Origin: Octopus sinensis
Taxonomy: Eukaryota
Assembly (NCBI RefSeq): GCF_006345805.1
Contig: NC_042999.1
Coordinates: 164,548,001 to 164,612,000, forward strand
Direction of reading: 5' to 3'
DNA length: 64,000 nucleotides
The notes beneath the pieces are model-generated. The model was given only the letters and a program-made list of their open reading frames with translations. It was not told the origin of the DNA and did not search any database. Numbering within the stretch: position 1 is the stretch's first letter; each line of letters starts with the position of its first letter. Positions 1 through 12,935 of this stretch are shown in pieces. Position numbers and translations under genes: made by a program.

Positions 1-149
1 CAGCATGTCGCACTTCTAGAGATAAAGCCATTACAATGTGTGTTCCAAAACACACACACACACACACACTCTCTCTCTCTTTCTCTCCAAATATCACAAT
101 CCAACGTATCTCATGCACACACACACACACACACACACGCACGCACACA

Positions 150-930
150 CAGAGTTTTGTTCAACCTAACAAAGTGACTGGTTCTCACTGTGTTTCTTCC
201 ACTACTTTGACTCAGTGCACTCCAGAGCTGGTTCCTATATTCATCAAACTTTGCAGTCTGCATCTCTTTCTTAAGAATCTACACCAACACATGCAAAGAT
301 GTCACAGTGTACCATTTTGCCACCAAAAAGCAACCCTTTAAACCTTACAAACTCGATCCTATCACTTACCAACATCTCAATGGTAATATAAACAGTCATT
401 AGCATCTATATCTTTCATTGCTTTGATGTGTGTGTGTGTGTGTGTGTGTTGGTAACTCGTACTCTTGCTAAATGAACAGAATATACTTCATTGTTTTGAT
501 ATTTCTGCCATCTCAGTGATCATAACTAAGAGTGTTGTTATGTCAGATAGGTATCGTTCCTTCATAATTTGTATACCTCATGCCAAACGTGGCCTCTGTG
601 AACAGAAACCTTGAAAGATCCTCCAATATATGACAAGGTTCTTTCACTCAACATCACAATCACATAAACACTGCTCTAACAAGTTTTCTCCTACAATTTT
701 TCTAGTACAAGATGTACAAGATGTACAAGATGTACAAGATGTACAAGATACGGCTTCAGACTGCAAATGCTGCTCATCATGATCACTAAGTTTTCGTGGC
801 TACTTCACATCTATAACAAAGCCATACTCTCATCCTAAAGACTAGATTCTTCAGACCCATGTTCAGATGTTGCTCACCTACATGGCACAGTGCTGCATAC
901 ACACAAACTTTCCTTTCCAAAAGGTTAATC
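150..930 (+). mobile_element. Degenerate LINE (CR1/L2/Jockey-group) reverse-transcriptase fragments
   Basis: Frameshifted translation NKVTGSHC..TQCTPELVPIFIKL..KSNPLNL resembles the conserved RT N-terminal KATGPDGI..CAPELAP.L.KLF..KGDP.N..NYRPISL. A later piece (~810-930) resembles LYKA..RP.LEYCSHIW. Heavily decayed. Confidence 0.55.
705..749. repeat. Perfect 9-bp tandem repeat (GTACAAGAT)x5
   Basis: Read directly from the sequence. Confidence 0.95.
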
Positions 931-1682
931 ACTAAAGCATTACAGCTATTAGTTCACAAACATTTGAGAGTTGCACAGTGAGTAAAAAAACTTTGATCAA
1001 CAGAAATTATCCATGTACTGCTGTACGAAAGATTCCTTTAAGAGTATTTAAAATGTAAAAATAACAAACATAAGAGAAAGTTTCAATAAAATTAGTTGAT
1101 AAAAATTTTAGGACAATATAGACTGGAATGGATCAGATATTTAAAGTCAACAGGTGAAAACCTCCTCAATGAAGTTTGTATATGAATTATCAGGACACTG
1201 AGTTGGTCTGGTTATTTTATTTCTGCATACTAGATGATAGCCTTTTGGTTCAGTTTATCTAATTTACAGGACAAATGCATTACTTATTACTCTACAAAGT
1301 GCTGGCATTTCCTCCTGTCAAATTAAGTACATAAATGTTACAGATAATCAACTCTTTTATGTCCATAAGTATTTCATTTGCTTCACAAATATTGTATCAC
1401 CCACTTGAACATAGATTTTTTATACTTCAATTTAATATTTGTGACATGAATTAAAGCCAAGTATGCTTTATATAGAGATAGCCAACATTTTGATATGAAC
1501 GACAGAAGACATTACAAATGTGTTCAATAAGGAAGTCACTTGGAAAGCAATAAGACATGGTTTCTGTCCTGTCAGTGGTTTTGTTCTTTACCTCAAATTA
1601 ATGCTTAAACCATCTTATATCACATATATTATCATTTTATCCATTAAGCGAGAAAATTTTCATGCATAATATACATATATGC

Positions 1683-1713
<31 letters not shown>

Positions 1714-1728
1714 TGTGCATATATATAC

Positions 1729-1900
1729 ATCATCGTCATCACCATCACCATCAATATTTAATCTCCCTTTTACCATTCTAACATGGTTTGGACTGTTCGA
1801 TGTAAACTGATGATCCAGAAGGCTGCACCAAGCTCCATACATCTGCTTTGGCATGGTTTCTACAGCTGGATGCCCTTCATATGCCAACCACTCCATTAAA
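1729..1900 (-). mobile_element. SINE/RTE 3' end, family A ((GAT)n tail), diverged copy
   Basis: Shares the ggtttctacagctggatgcccttc..gccaaccactcc core and (CAT)n tail complement with copies at 7476, 8985, 33655 and 51345. Confidence 0.7.
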
Positions 1901-2018
1901 TGTACCGTCAATGGTGAGGTCAGAAATTACCTGCAAGACAAGGTCCCACAACTGAATGGAGTATAGTACAAAGGGATATGAAAGGAGGGCAGGAGTTTTG
2001 CTGAAGGTAAATACATGC

Positions 2019-2057
<39 letters not shown>

Positions 2058-2375
2058 TTGCACGTGTGTGTATGTGCATCCCTTGAAACTTCATTAAAAC
2101 AATTTTATGAAGAGGGATGACAAAGGAAAGAAATCATAAGGCACAAGTGAAACTGAACCAAAAGGCTATCATCTGGTATGCAGAAATAAAATAACCAGAC
2201 CAACTCAGTGTCCTGATAATTCATATACAGACAACGTGCTTCATCTCTATGAAAGTGAAGCAGAGAGAGGTCCAATGAAGGTGAAAGAAAGGCAAAGAAA
2301 TACATCACACAACCACTTTTGACAACATATTAATGAATAAATAGCAGCATGAAAAGTAAATGAAGCACAAAACTA

Positions 2376-2421
<46 letters not shown>

Positions 2422-3031
2422 TATTATTAATCTCTACTATGGTATTGAATACTGTTTTTTCTGACAGATATATATAATTATCACCATAATTTTAAAGAAA
2501 TATGTTTACTATGGACTTCCAGGAGCACATGTGCAATAACCTCTTTTATACTGGGCCCTGGCTGGGTTTTTGACTGCATATAAGCATAGAGATGATAACA
2601 GTATTGTGTTTAGTAATGAATACTAACTGTATTAAAAATCCATCAAAGTGTGTGTGTGTGTGTGTGTACACATACACACACAAATTTACTGGCAGTATTT
2701 AGGCAGTAATGTTACATTGCTTTATAAATGCACATTCATTTAACATTATTGCATTATAGCTTTATTTACTTTTTCCACTGTTGATGTTCAAGCATGCTTC
2801 ATGTTGCATATCTTGCCAAGTGTTGTTCTAAATTAATATTTCATTGTTTTTAATAAAGGTAACTCTAATTTTTGCATTTTTCTTTTCAACATAAGTAATA
2901 AAATAACATACATACATTGCTATTAGATAGAAATTTTTATAGAATGAATCTGTCAAAACTATTTAACCATTTCTCAGGACAAATGTACGATGGTGGAGAG
3001 GTGTGTGCGCACGTGTGTGTGTGTGTGTGTG

Positions 3032-3063
<32 letters not shown>

Positions 3064-3079
3064 GCTTAGCAATGACTAC

Positions 3080-5870
3080 TTTGGAATCTCTTACATGACA
3101 CTTTGGAGAAGAACATTTTGGGAGAGACTGCAGGGTACATGTGGATTATAAATTTCAAAAGCATGGACTATGCCATTATCATGTGTTGTTCATATTAAAA
3201 CACAAAAAGAAAAAAATAAGAAGATCAAAACATAATGATAGGTTTGATTATGCAGAACTTCTACATCTACAAGCACAGCCAATTAAATTCAACATGTCAC
3301 CAAATGCATGCTACGTGGTGCATGTGTGAGAGATAAATCCAAGCCAATGTGTATGGTTGATGAGAAATATGAAAAAACTCTTCTCTAAAGACTTTCAGGA
3401 AAATACATTACCCACTTTACTGACATTGAAATAATGGTTCCACAAAGTGAAATGTCAAATTACATAAGAGTTCAGTAATACTATATTCCCCGTTCTTTTT
3501 AGCCAAATATGGAGGACATTGTAATGTAGAAATGTGTGTCTGTAAAATCAGTTATTAGTAAATACGTTCATGAAGATTATAATCAGGTGTTGGTCAATAT
3601 TAGTGAATAAAACAATGGACAACAAACAGAAACACACAAAGATAAAATTTAATGTTATACAAATGGCCACTATGTATCGTCATCAGAGGCAGTCTGCAGG
3701 ATTTGGGGATTCAAATTACAGGGTTCATATCCTTCATTCCAACAGCTTAAAGTTTATTTACCCCAATGGTAATATGTTTACTTAAATAATGATGATGATG
3801 ATGATACTCAACATGTTATCCACACACAACAAGTCCAACCCCACTGAATGGATGCAAGTTAACTAAGAATCACCAGCTAAGTCCTTTGCATGTGGATTAT
3901 TCTACACTGATTTCCCTGAATTTCACACATGAAATAACGCTGAGAAAATGTGGCATCTCAGGAGCAATTCTAAGAGCTTTATTGCATCATATTCCTGGAG
4001 CTACATTGCTTGAAGATATGAGAACTAGTAATGGTGTTGTTTGCCATATTTACAAAGCGGCTGCAATAGAACTGGGCTCAATACATGATGACCACGAATA
4101 CTATGAAACTATGGCAGTTGCAGATGTTTCAGCAATTCCATATCAGCTGCCAAGACTTTTCTCTATTCAGACGAATTAGTTACAGCATTGGAAACCCAAC
4201 TTTCAGAAGATCCAATGACTGCCTAAGAAGCAGAAGATATCAAAGAGAGTAGATGACAACACAGATTGCAAAAAATTGAACTTATTTTATGAGAAAATGG
4301 TTCAACATTAAAGAATCCCCACCCTCATGTGTACACCAAACATGAATACTTTCAAATTCAGTACAGGCTACCCATTCATTCTGCAAGATCTTAGAAATTT
4401 CCCACAGACTGAACGAAAGAGTTTCTTTGATGAAAATGTTAAAAAATTAAATTGTGGTCAACAAGTAGCTTTCCAGATCATGAAAGAAGCAATTCACAAT
4501 TCAAAAGCAGATACTCACAGTCATAAGATTCTCACCTCTAAAACTTTGTTTATTGATGGGCCAAGTGGGTCAGGTAAAACATTTCTCTATAGTATCATTC
4601 TCTTCAATGTTCACAAAGAAGGAAAGATTGCAAGAAGAACAAACCATCAGCAATAGTTGCTTTGATGTTTGCTGGGGGTACAATGGCACATTTCGTTTTC
4701 TCCTTTCTTTTTAATCTAGCTAATGGTGCCACATGTAATGTACCCTTACAGAGTGACAAAGCAACTCACACCTGTCAGGCTGATGCTATAATTTGGGATG
4801 AATTACCCACATGAATTACCCACATGTCTCACTGTTTCCTCCAAGAGGAATTGCAAAGAACATTAAGAGATCCTATGAAAACAGTTGATCCCATGTTTGA
4901 ACTTCTAATTAGCAGAAAAGTAAAAACTTTTGGTGGGGATTTTTGACAAATATTAGGTGTCATTAAATATGGAAGCAGACCACAGATAGTAAACAACAGC
5001 TTTAATAATTCATCTTTATGGAAACATGTAAAAAATAATTTAATTTACAGAAAATATGTGATTAAAATCATATGTACATAATTCGGATGATCAAAACAGC
5101 CAAATTCAATTCAACAATGTTATACGTCATGTGGGAAATGGGCCTGTAATAAAAGAAGCAAATGGTGAAATCATTATACCCCAGGGATGTAACATTGTTC
5201 ATTACTTCAAAACCATCAATTCTTAGGCTTTCAATAGAAATGTCATACAGGAATGCATTGCAGAGCCGGAAAAATTTTCAAAAATTCTTTTAGCACCCAA
5301 AAGTATTGATGTTGACTTCATCAATGAGGAAATATTAGAACTGTTTCCAAGAGATGAAAAGGTTCTCTTTAATCATGATCAATGCTTGCATCAGGATGAC
5401 CTTTCAGAATTCACTACAGAGCACTTAAATATGCTAAATATTTCAGGCTTATCATCATATTAAAATTAAAGACTAATGCAATAATTATTCTCTTATATAG
5501 AATTGTCCAAGCTAATGGCATTTGTAATGGTACAGGTTTAGTAATCCAAGACATTCAAGAAAAAAGTCATCATGGTAAAAGTTATAAATGAAGGTCAACA
5601 TCGCAGCAAAACTATTTATATTCAGTAAGTGAAGAGTTATCATTTACATTAATTAGACAACAGTTTCCTATTAAATTAGCAATGGCAATGATAATTAATA
5701 AATGACAAGAACAAACAAAACTTGCTTTACCTTTACCAAAGCTCACATTCACACATGGATAATGAGTATCCACTGGGTTTCAGGGATTGAACATATAAAT
5801 CCCAAACAACAAACATTCCACAAAGGATGTTGTTTACAAAGAAGTTCTCATTTAAAAAGACATTTGACAA
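3080..5870 (+). mobile_element. Degenerate autonomous Helitron (Rep HUH endonuclease plus PIF1 helicase pseudogene)
   Basis: Co-linear broken motifs: KFQKHGLCHYHVL (Rep HUH motif, cf. EFQKRGLPHAH), MLRGAC, KYGGHCNVEMC.SVKSV, YVSSSEAVCRIWGF, LLHHIPGAT..DMRTSNG, Walker A DGPSGSGKTFLY, and C-terminal QFPIKLAMAMIINK*Q and FTHG. Many stops and frameshifts; termini not recognised. Confidence 0.85.
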
Positions 5871-6087
5871 TAAAACCAACAATGCAGATTTCAGCCCTAC
5901 ACAACAACAAAAGGTATTTATCCACACATCAGGCTTGGCATCATTTATGCACAAATTACAAAATATGGAAACAACAAAACATTCATTAAAAAAGTGCAGA
6001 GTGAATTTGAAGTTTGAAAGTAGTTTAGCTTATTGTAAGTTACTATAATGCAAGTTGAACAGTAAAATACTCAAACATGCTTGTTAG

Positions 6088-7259
6088 ACAGGGTGGAGCA
6101 CAAAGATCTCCCACATTTTGAATGGATATAAAAAAAGAACACAACTGATTATATTTCTAAAAAGTACATAAAAAGTAATTTTGTTTCAATGGGTTTTAAA
6201 AGTTATATCAGAAAAATGGTGGCCATTGTTGTCAATACATTGATGGAGTTGTTCCCTAGGACTGTTAGAACTTCAGATAATCTGGCAGTAGTAAGAGCAT
6301 CCATTCAGCAATTGCCAAAGCATTCCGCATGTAAGTATAGCACAGAACTATGGATATCAGGTTGGAGTTTGAGGAGGATTTTGCATATTGATTTGAAACT
6401 GCATCCTTACAAAATGATGTTGGCTCAAAAATTAGCTGAGACAGATCATAACTGCAGAGCTATATGTGCAAATACTCTTGCTCAAGTTCCCACTGCAGCT
6501 GTTCTGAGTACTGATGAGGCTTACTTCCATATCAATGGAATCATAAACAAGCAGAATGTTTGCTACTGGACTGACTATAATCCTCATGAATTCCACCAAC
6601 AACCATTTCACTCTCCTCATGTAACTGTTTGGTGTACAGTTGCTGACTTTGGTGAGATTGGCCCATACTTTTTTGAAGAAGGTGGTACAACAGTAACTGT
6701 TACCTCCAATCAGTAGATTGAAATGTTGGAGGCCTTTCTGCACACCAAACAGAAAGATTTGGATACAGAACATGTGTGGTTTCAACAGGACGGGGCCACA
6801 GCTCACACAGTATGATGTTTGCTCAGTGTTGAGAGAAATGTTTCCTGGGCATTTGATATCTTTAAGGAGAGATGTAGGGTGACTGGCAAGGTTACTAGAT
6901 TTAAGCCCTTGTGACTTTTTCCTTTGGGGATACCAAAAGGAAAAGGTTTTCCAATATTGTCCTCGAACTGTTGAGGATTTGAAGGAAAGGATCAAAGAAG
7001 AAATCGATGCAAATCCACCTGAGATGACTCTCAGTGTCATCTCAGGTGGATTTGCATCGATCACATTCTGTTAAAATGTCTTTTTGATGAGTTTGATTTC
7101 TTTCTTTCTTTCTTTCCTTCTTTCTTTCTTTCTTCCTTCCTTCCTTTCTTTACCAGATGAGAAGATTACATTGTTTTACACCATTTTATTCCTTTGGAAT
7201 AATACCAATGTTGTCTTTGAAACATACGTTGGAAGTAAAAGACTTTGTATAACACCTGT
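6088..7259 (+). mobile_element. Tc1/mariner superfamily, DD41D (rosa/Visitor-type) transposon, defective
   Basis: ORF 6189-6716 contains LHPYK, STDEAYFHING..NKQN..YW and VTVWC..IGPYFFE. Downstream are WFQQDGATAH and DLSPCDFFLWGY. The second-to-third Asp spacing is 121 nt, i.e. 41 codons minus a 2-nt deletion. Degraded TIR-like ends cagggtg..cacaaag (6089) and ctttgtataacacctgt (7243). Confidence 0.8.
7003..7061. repeat. Perfect 26-bp inverted repeat with 7-nt loop
   Basis: atcgatgcaaatccacctgagatgac (7003-7028) / tctcagt / gtcatctcaggtggatttgcatcgat (7036-7061), no mismatches. Confidence 0.97.
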
Positions 7260-7430
7260 GTTTAACTCCATTTATTTATTTATATATATTATACAAAATA
7301 TTTCACATCAACCCGGATTTTCTACCTTTTCAAATAGGGTGTTACATCCTTATTACTTGTGTGCCTTTTTGTTGCCTTGGTAACTGCATATTTATATTTT
7401 CTCTGTTAATTGTAAACACACACATCCATT

Positions 7431-7475
<45 letters not shown>

Positions 7476-7478
<3 letters not shown>

Positions 7479-7623
7479 CGTTAGGAAGGGCATCCAGCTG
7501 TAGAAACACTGCCAGATCAGACTGGGCCTGATGCAGCCTTCTGGCTTCCCAGACCCCAGTTGAACCGTCCAACCCATGCTAGCATGGAAAGCGGAAGCTA
7601 AATGATAATGATGATGATGATGA
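7476..7623 (+). mobile_element. SINE/RTE 3' end, family A
   Basis: ttggcgttaggaagggcatccagctgtagaaacactgccag...catgctagcatggaaagcgg followed by a (GAT)n tail. Confidence 0.85.
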
Positions 7624-8087
7624 TATATGGCAAGAGAGAGAGAAAGAAAAGATATATGAATATGTACATAGTTTGGCGGTATTGAACCTTTATCTGTTTT
7701 GTTTATTTACTTTATCTGTGAAATAAACTTGTTTACTCAATTCCATTACTTTTGTATCTCTAAAAATTTTAATTGACATTAAATATTTTAATGAGCTCGT
7801 TCAAATGTATATTTCTTATTTTGGGACAAATTAGAATTTTTTCTATGAAACACGTGTGCCTGAACAACTGCAACTCATTCAAAGGATGCCCACATCTATC
7901 AAAAATTGATATTTTAGTGCAATGCCTACTGTGCAATAATAAATATTTTATATGTTACAGGTAATTCATGCCTTTTCATAATACCTGTCAGACAGAAAGT
8001 TTAATTAAAGTTTAAATAAGATCTCTACTAATTCAAAAATAGTTAGAAGCGTCAGATTATGTTTACATGCGGAAAACTGGATATTCT

Positions 8088-8286
8088 TTTATTCTTTTAT
8101 TTGTCATTTGACTGCGACCATGCTGGAGCACTGTCTTTTAGTTGAATGAATCAACCCCAGGACTTATTTTTTAAAGCCTAGTACTTATTCTATTGGTTTC
8201 TTTTGCTGAACTGCTAAGTTATGGGGATGTAAACCCACTAACACCAGCTGTCAAGTAGTGAGGTGGGGACAAACACAGACACACAC

Positions 8287-8290
<4 letters not shown>
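8088..8290 (-). mobile_element. tRNA-derived SINE family B, 3' portion
   Basis: gtcatttgactgcgaccatgctggagcac..ctagtacttattctat matches the 3' half of the full copy at 35853-36360. Confidence 0.8.
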
Positions 8291-8345
<55 letters not shown>

Positions 8346-8379
8346 ACATATATATATATATATATACAACATATATATA

Positions 8380-8590
8380 TATCACCATCATCATTGTTTA
8401 ACATCCACCTTCCATGCTGGCATGGGTGGGACAGTTTGACAGGGGCCGGCCAAGCAGAAGCCTGCACTAGTAGACACCTGCGACTGTTTTGGCAGGCTTT
8501 TTACAGCTGGAGGCCTTTCCTAACACCAACCACCCAGCAGAGTGGACTTAGTGCTTTTTATATGGCACAAGCACATATGAGGTCAGTTTT
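8380..8590 (-). mobile_element. SINE/RTE 3' end, family A
   Basis: (CAT)n followed by ttccatgctggcatgggtgggacag..cagctggaggcctttcctaacacc. Confidence 0.75.
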
Positions 8591-8984
8591 GTGCTTGTGT
8601 CACGGGTGAGTATTACTTGCTAGTAGCCTTGAGAATGATCTGCTTCATCCTTGAATTACATAAAGCCTTTTGCTATTGCTAAAGTCATATCACGTCAATG
8701 TGAGGTCTCGCCTAGTTGATTAGAAGATTGTCTTGAGCAAGGCAGCTTGTTTCATGTTGTCTGAGCCTACTCAGTGAAAACAAATACCACTCTAGTGCTG
8801 GTACAACTCTTTCTTCCTCTGGCTGGCTGTCACATACTGGATCTTCTACTAGGTCAAGGGTGGGAGGACCAGAAGAGTTTCAATGTCAGCTAGGGATGAC
8901 ATAGGCACCGAAACCAGATGCATCATATATGTTACCAAATCATGCACTCTTTCAAATGATGGCTATGCTTTGCTTATGCATATA

Positions 8985-9183
8985 TCATCATCATCATTTA
9001 ACGTCCGCTTTCCATGCTAGCATGGGTTGGACAGTTCAACTGGGGTCTGGGAAGCCCGAAGGCTGCACCAAGCCAGTCAGATCTGGTGGTGTTTCTACAG
9101 CTGGATGCCCTTCCTAACGCCAACCACTCCGTTAGAGTAGTGGGTGCTTTTTATGTGCCACCGACACAGGTGCCAGACGAGGC
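8985..9183 (-). mobile_element. SINE/RTE 3' end, family A, young copy with one internal repeat unit
   Basis: Near-identical to 33655-33860, including gtgccaccgacacaggtgccagacgaggct. Confidence 0.9.
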
Positions 9184-9529
9184 TATATATATAAATTTTT
9201 ATATGTATATCTATCTACTCAATTCTCTATATAGGTGTAGGTGTGCATACATACACACACACACACACACACACAATTACTCTTTGCTTTTTTATAAGGA
9301 TGTTATTGGAAAATTATCCTCACTTTTGCAATCACCAACACAATCCCTTCTCCAACTCAATATTTCTTTGCTATGGCAACTAGAGTAAGCTTCATAATCA
9401 TAATGATACAGAGTTACCAAGAATAACAACAGTTTTTCCAATTTCTGGCAAATGTAGAAAAACTAAAGCCAGAATTCATCTGTCATGCACTGCTCACTGC
9501 AGTGGTGCTTCTTGTAAATGGTGATGATG

Positions 9530-9567
9530 ATGATCATCATCATCATAACAACAACAATAATGTTGTT

Positions 9568-9610
<43 letters not shown>

Positions 9611-9630
9611 GTAATAATAATGATAATAAA
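9530..9630. repeat. Compound (GAT/CAT/AAC/AAT)n microsatellite
   Basis: Read directly from the sequence. Confidence 0.9.
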
Positions 9631-11027
9631 GAAATAATCAAAAAGTATGTTCAGGTGAAGTTGCCTTTGAAATTGAAAAAAAGAAAGCCTTCTTCATGGG
9701 GCCTTTTGTTGTCTCAGCAATTCCATGAATGTTAATTGACAAAAAGTGAGATGCTATTGATGAGAGGAAACATGTATCCAACTCTCCCACCCCAACACTT
9801 GTACAGAAATGTACAAAATCATTTGTACACATGCAGCACACACTGCACAGTGAAAAATTTCTTTTTAGAGAAAATAAAACTGAAATAATTAGTTGCATAT
9901 TATTGTAATTTGCAAGATAAAAAAAAAAAAAGAGAAAAAAGTTAATATCTCAATAGATTCTGATAATGATGATAATGATGCTGATGACAACAACAACAAC
10001 AATGATGGTGATGATGATGATGATGATGATGATGATGGGGGCACAGAAGCTACTCCCTAACCCAGTTTGTGGAAACAATTCTTTTTAGAACTGATGTCAC
10101 GACAAAGACACCCAGCTTGCCACTCCCCCCCTTTTAGCAGACAAAACATCATGAGGTGCAGCATCTATTATGAACTGTGAGAAAGCTATATGAAAGATGT
10201 CTTAGCTGCAGGTAGTTCTGTCAGATCTTAGAATCACAAGAAATGATATTGGAGTGGAAAGGGTAATGATACAATTTTCCTTACACAACATGGAAAACTG
10301 GATGGTTAATTCACAATAATGAAAATTATGCTGAATCACAAAGGTTGTTTATTATGTTATGATGTAGCAATCACTCTTATAAAGCATCTCACACACAGAT
10401 ATGTGTAATGATGCAGTAATCACTTGCCTAAGATGTAATAATCTGGTCATAATTCAACTAAGAGACACAGATGCCATTATCTAATTAAAGGGGAAGTCAT
10501 CGAATTTATTCCATATTACTGAATAGTGTGACTGGACTGCAGAGTGTGAGTATTTATATGCATCTAAAAATGTTAACCTTCGCTGTTCTATTCACAGAGA
10601 TCAATAATTTCAATGAATTGATTTGGCAATTGTCCCTGCCACCTCAGCATCACTCCATTGTGTCCATCCTCCAAAGGGAATATAACAACTGAGAAGAGCG
10701 AGGGAGAGAGAGAAAGAGAGAGAACAAGTGATATTAGAGGAGGGAGTAACATAAGAGAGAGTGATAGATGACAAAGAGGATGGGTGAGAGTGGGAGTGAT
10801 GAATATCAATAATGTGTGATGGGAGAGAAAGAGAGTGATGGCTGGCAATGAAGAAAAGTCAGCGGAATGGAGAGGGGTACTAAATATGGACTGATCCAAT
10901 GTGATGTCATCCCTTGTTACACAGGTGACATGATGGGAGACAAAGTGATAGCAGGGAGGTATAGGGACATAGAAGAAATAGTAAATGAAGAAAAGGTGAG
11001 GAGACTTAATATCAATGCAAGGCTAAA

Positions 11028-11238
11028 GGCAGTGAGCGGGCAGAACTGTTAGCATGCCAGGCAAAATGTTTAGCAGCATTTTGTCCGTCTTTACAATCTG
11101 AGTTCAAATTCTGTTGAGGTTGATTTTGCTTTTCATCCTTTTGAGGTCAATAAAATAAATATCAGTTGAGTGCTGGGGGTTGATGTAATCAACTTAACCC
11201 CTTTCCTGAAATTGCTGGCCTTGCACCAAAATTTGAAT
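11028..11238 (+). mobile_element. tRNA-derived SINE family C
   Basis: gcagaactgttagcatgccaggcaaaatgtttagc..gagttcaaattc (B-box-like)..tttcatcctttt..aaattgctggccttg. Homologous to copies at 12745, 30480, 53840 and 62230. Confidence 0.8.
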
Positions 11239-11632
11239 TCATTAAGAATGCAAAGGTCAAAAGAAACCCAAATGTAGGTATCATCCATCTCTACCCCTAT
11301 TACCATCGTCCTTTTTACAATTGTCCTTTTTCTGTTTTTCTTAAGTTTGCATGGATTGGATGGGTCTTCCAAGCACAGTGCCTCATCACAAGTCGCATTT
11401 CCCCACTTTGTTACAACTACCTGAAAGTTACCATTCTGCAATTGCTAGAGATCAATCTTCCCCTCTTTGCTGCGTGTCTTCTTTAGTCTCCCGTTTCTAA
11501 AAGTTACATTCACTTTGAGTGCTCAGCACTTCTATATACAACTTAGCCTCCAAAAGCAACACATGTCAGCACTAGTATAGTCCTCTCTCTTCTGCACATT
11601 CTCTCTCTCTCTCTCCATATATATATATACAT

Positions 11633-11664
<32 letters not shown>

Positions 11665-11719
11665 CAAGCATATAACACAACTGTGTATGTGAGGTGTGCA
11701 TGGATGAGTGTTGTAAACA

Positions 11720-12545
11720 TACTCTGTCAAGGATTCCCAGCAGTCTCCCTATGCATGAACTAATATCCTCAACACCTCGATATCCACACCAACAGTCTAT
11801 GATAATCTATGGTGATTGAATATCAGCAAGAATGTAACTGGGAAGCTTAGCTTTCTCTTTAGGAATGGAAATTATTCTACCTTAACCAAAGGCTGAATGG
11901 TTATAGAGTTCAAGTTAGATTCTCATCACAGTGTTGCTTTCATACATGGAATAGCGCTGCAAACAGTCTAAACCAGTGGTTCCCAAAGTGGGTGGTATTG
12001 CTCACCTGGGGGTGGTGGAGAGTTGATGAAAAATGGGGTGATAGCAGGGTAACCAAAAGGGGCGATTCATGTAAAAACAATGAAATAAGGGTTAAGTTTT
12101 ATTTGTGAAATACAGTTGCTTTAAACTTGCTTCAGAAAGAGGTTTATCTTTGTTATGGTTAGTTGGAGTAGGAACGCTAGGAATGTAGTCTGGGTGTCAA
12201 GGGGGAAGCAACCTGAAAAAGTTTGGGAATCACTGGCCTAAACCACATCCAAAAGAAGGCCAACAGGCTGGTTAACAAATACAATGCAAGCTCTAACCCA
12301 TTGACATACTGTGATCTCTCCCTGTTTTGGCTACCCCCACTGAACCAGCCCAAATCTGCTTGGTACAGCCATTTAAAAGAGGTTATATTATTCTGCTATA
12401 GATGTCTCTTTTACCAGACTCTTCTTTTACATCTCTTCAATTTTATCTCTCAGAATCACAGACCTTTGGTATCTTCTGTTTATGATTTCTACAGGAATTG
12501 CAGTTACTGACTATATTAACCTTACTAATCTGGGAAGTCCAATGA
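11720..12545 (+). mobile_element. CR1/L2-group LINE 3' fragment interrupted by a hAT MITE
   Basis: YRVQVRFSSQCCFHTWNSAANSL continues across the insertion as NHIQKKANRLV..CDLSLF (cf. YKAQVRP.LEYC.HIW..A..LD.IQ.KA.RLI). Confidence 0.6.
11974..12235. mobile_element. hAT (Charlie/Buster-like) MITE, 262 bp
   Basis: TIRs cagtggttcccaaa / tttgggaatcactg. 8-bp TSD gtctaaac (11966-11973) / gcctaaac (12236-12243). Confidence 0.9.
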
Positions 12546-12744
12546 AGGCAATGGTAATAGTCTTCTTTTCCTAAGATTATATGAAAAATAGAATTATTCT
12601 TTAAAAAATTTTGGTTTTCTGGTGCCAACACAATTTTTACAAGTTTGGCAAAATGTGTACAGGCAACATATTTGAGTTGAATTGCTTAAGTAGAGATAAT
12701 TTCTTCATAAATATAGATTTTTTTGATGTCTATGGCTATAAAAA

Positions 12745-12935
12745 AGGTGACAAGCAGGCAGAATTGTAAGCACACCAGACAAAATGTTTAGCAACATTTC
12801 TTCTGGCTCTTTATGTTCTGAGTGTCAAATTCCGCTGAAGTCAACTTTGCCTTTCAACACTTGGCAGGGTTGATAAAATGAAGTACCAGCCAAGTACTGG
12901 GGTTGATGTCATCAACTTGTCCCCTCCCCATAAAA
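12745..12935 (+). mobile_element. tRNA-derived SINE family C
   Basis: Homologous to 11028-11238. Confidence 0.75.
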
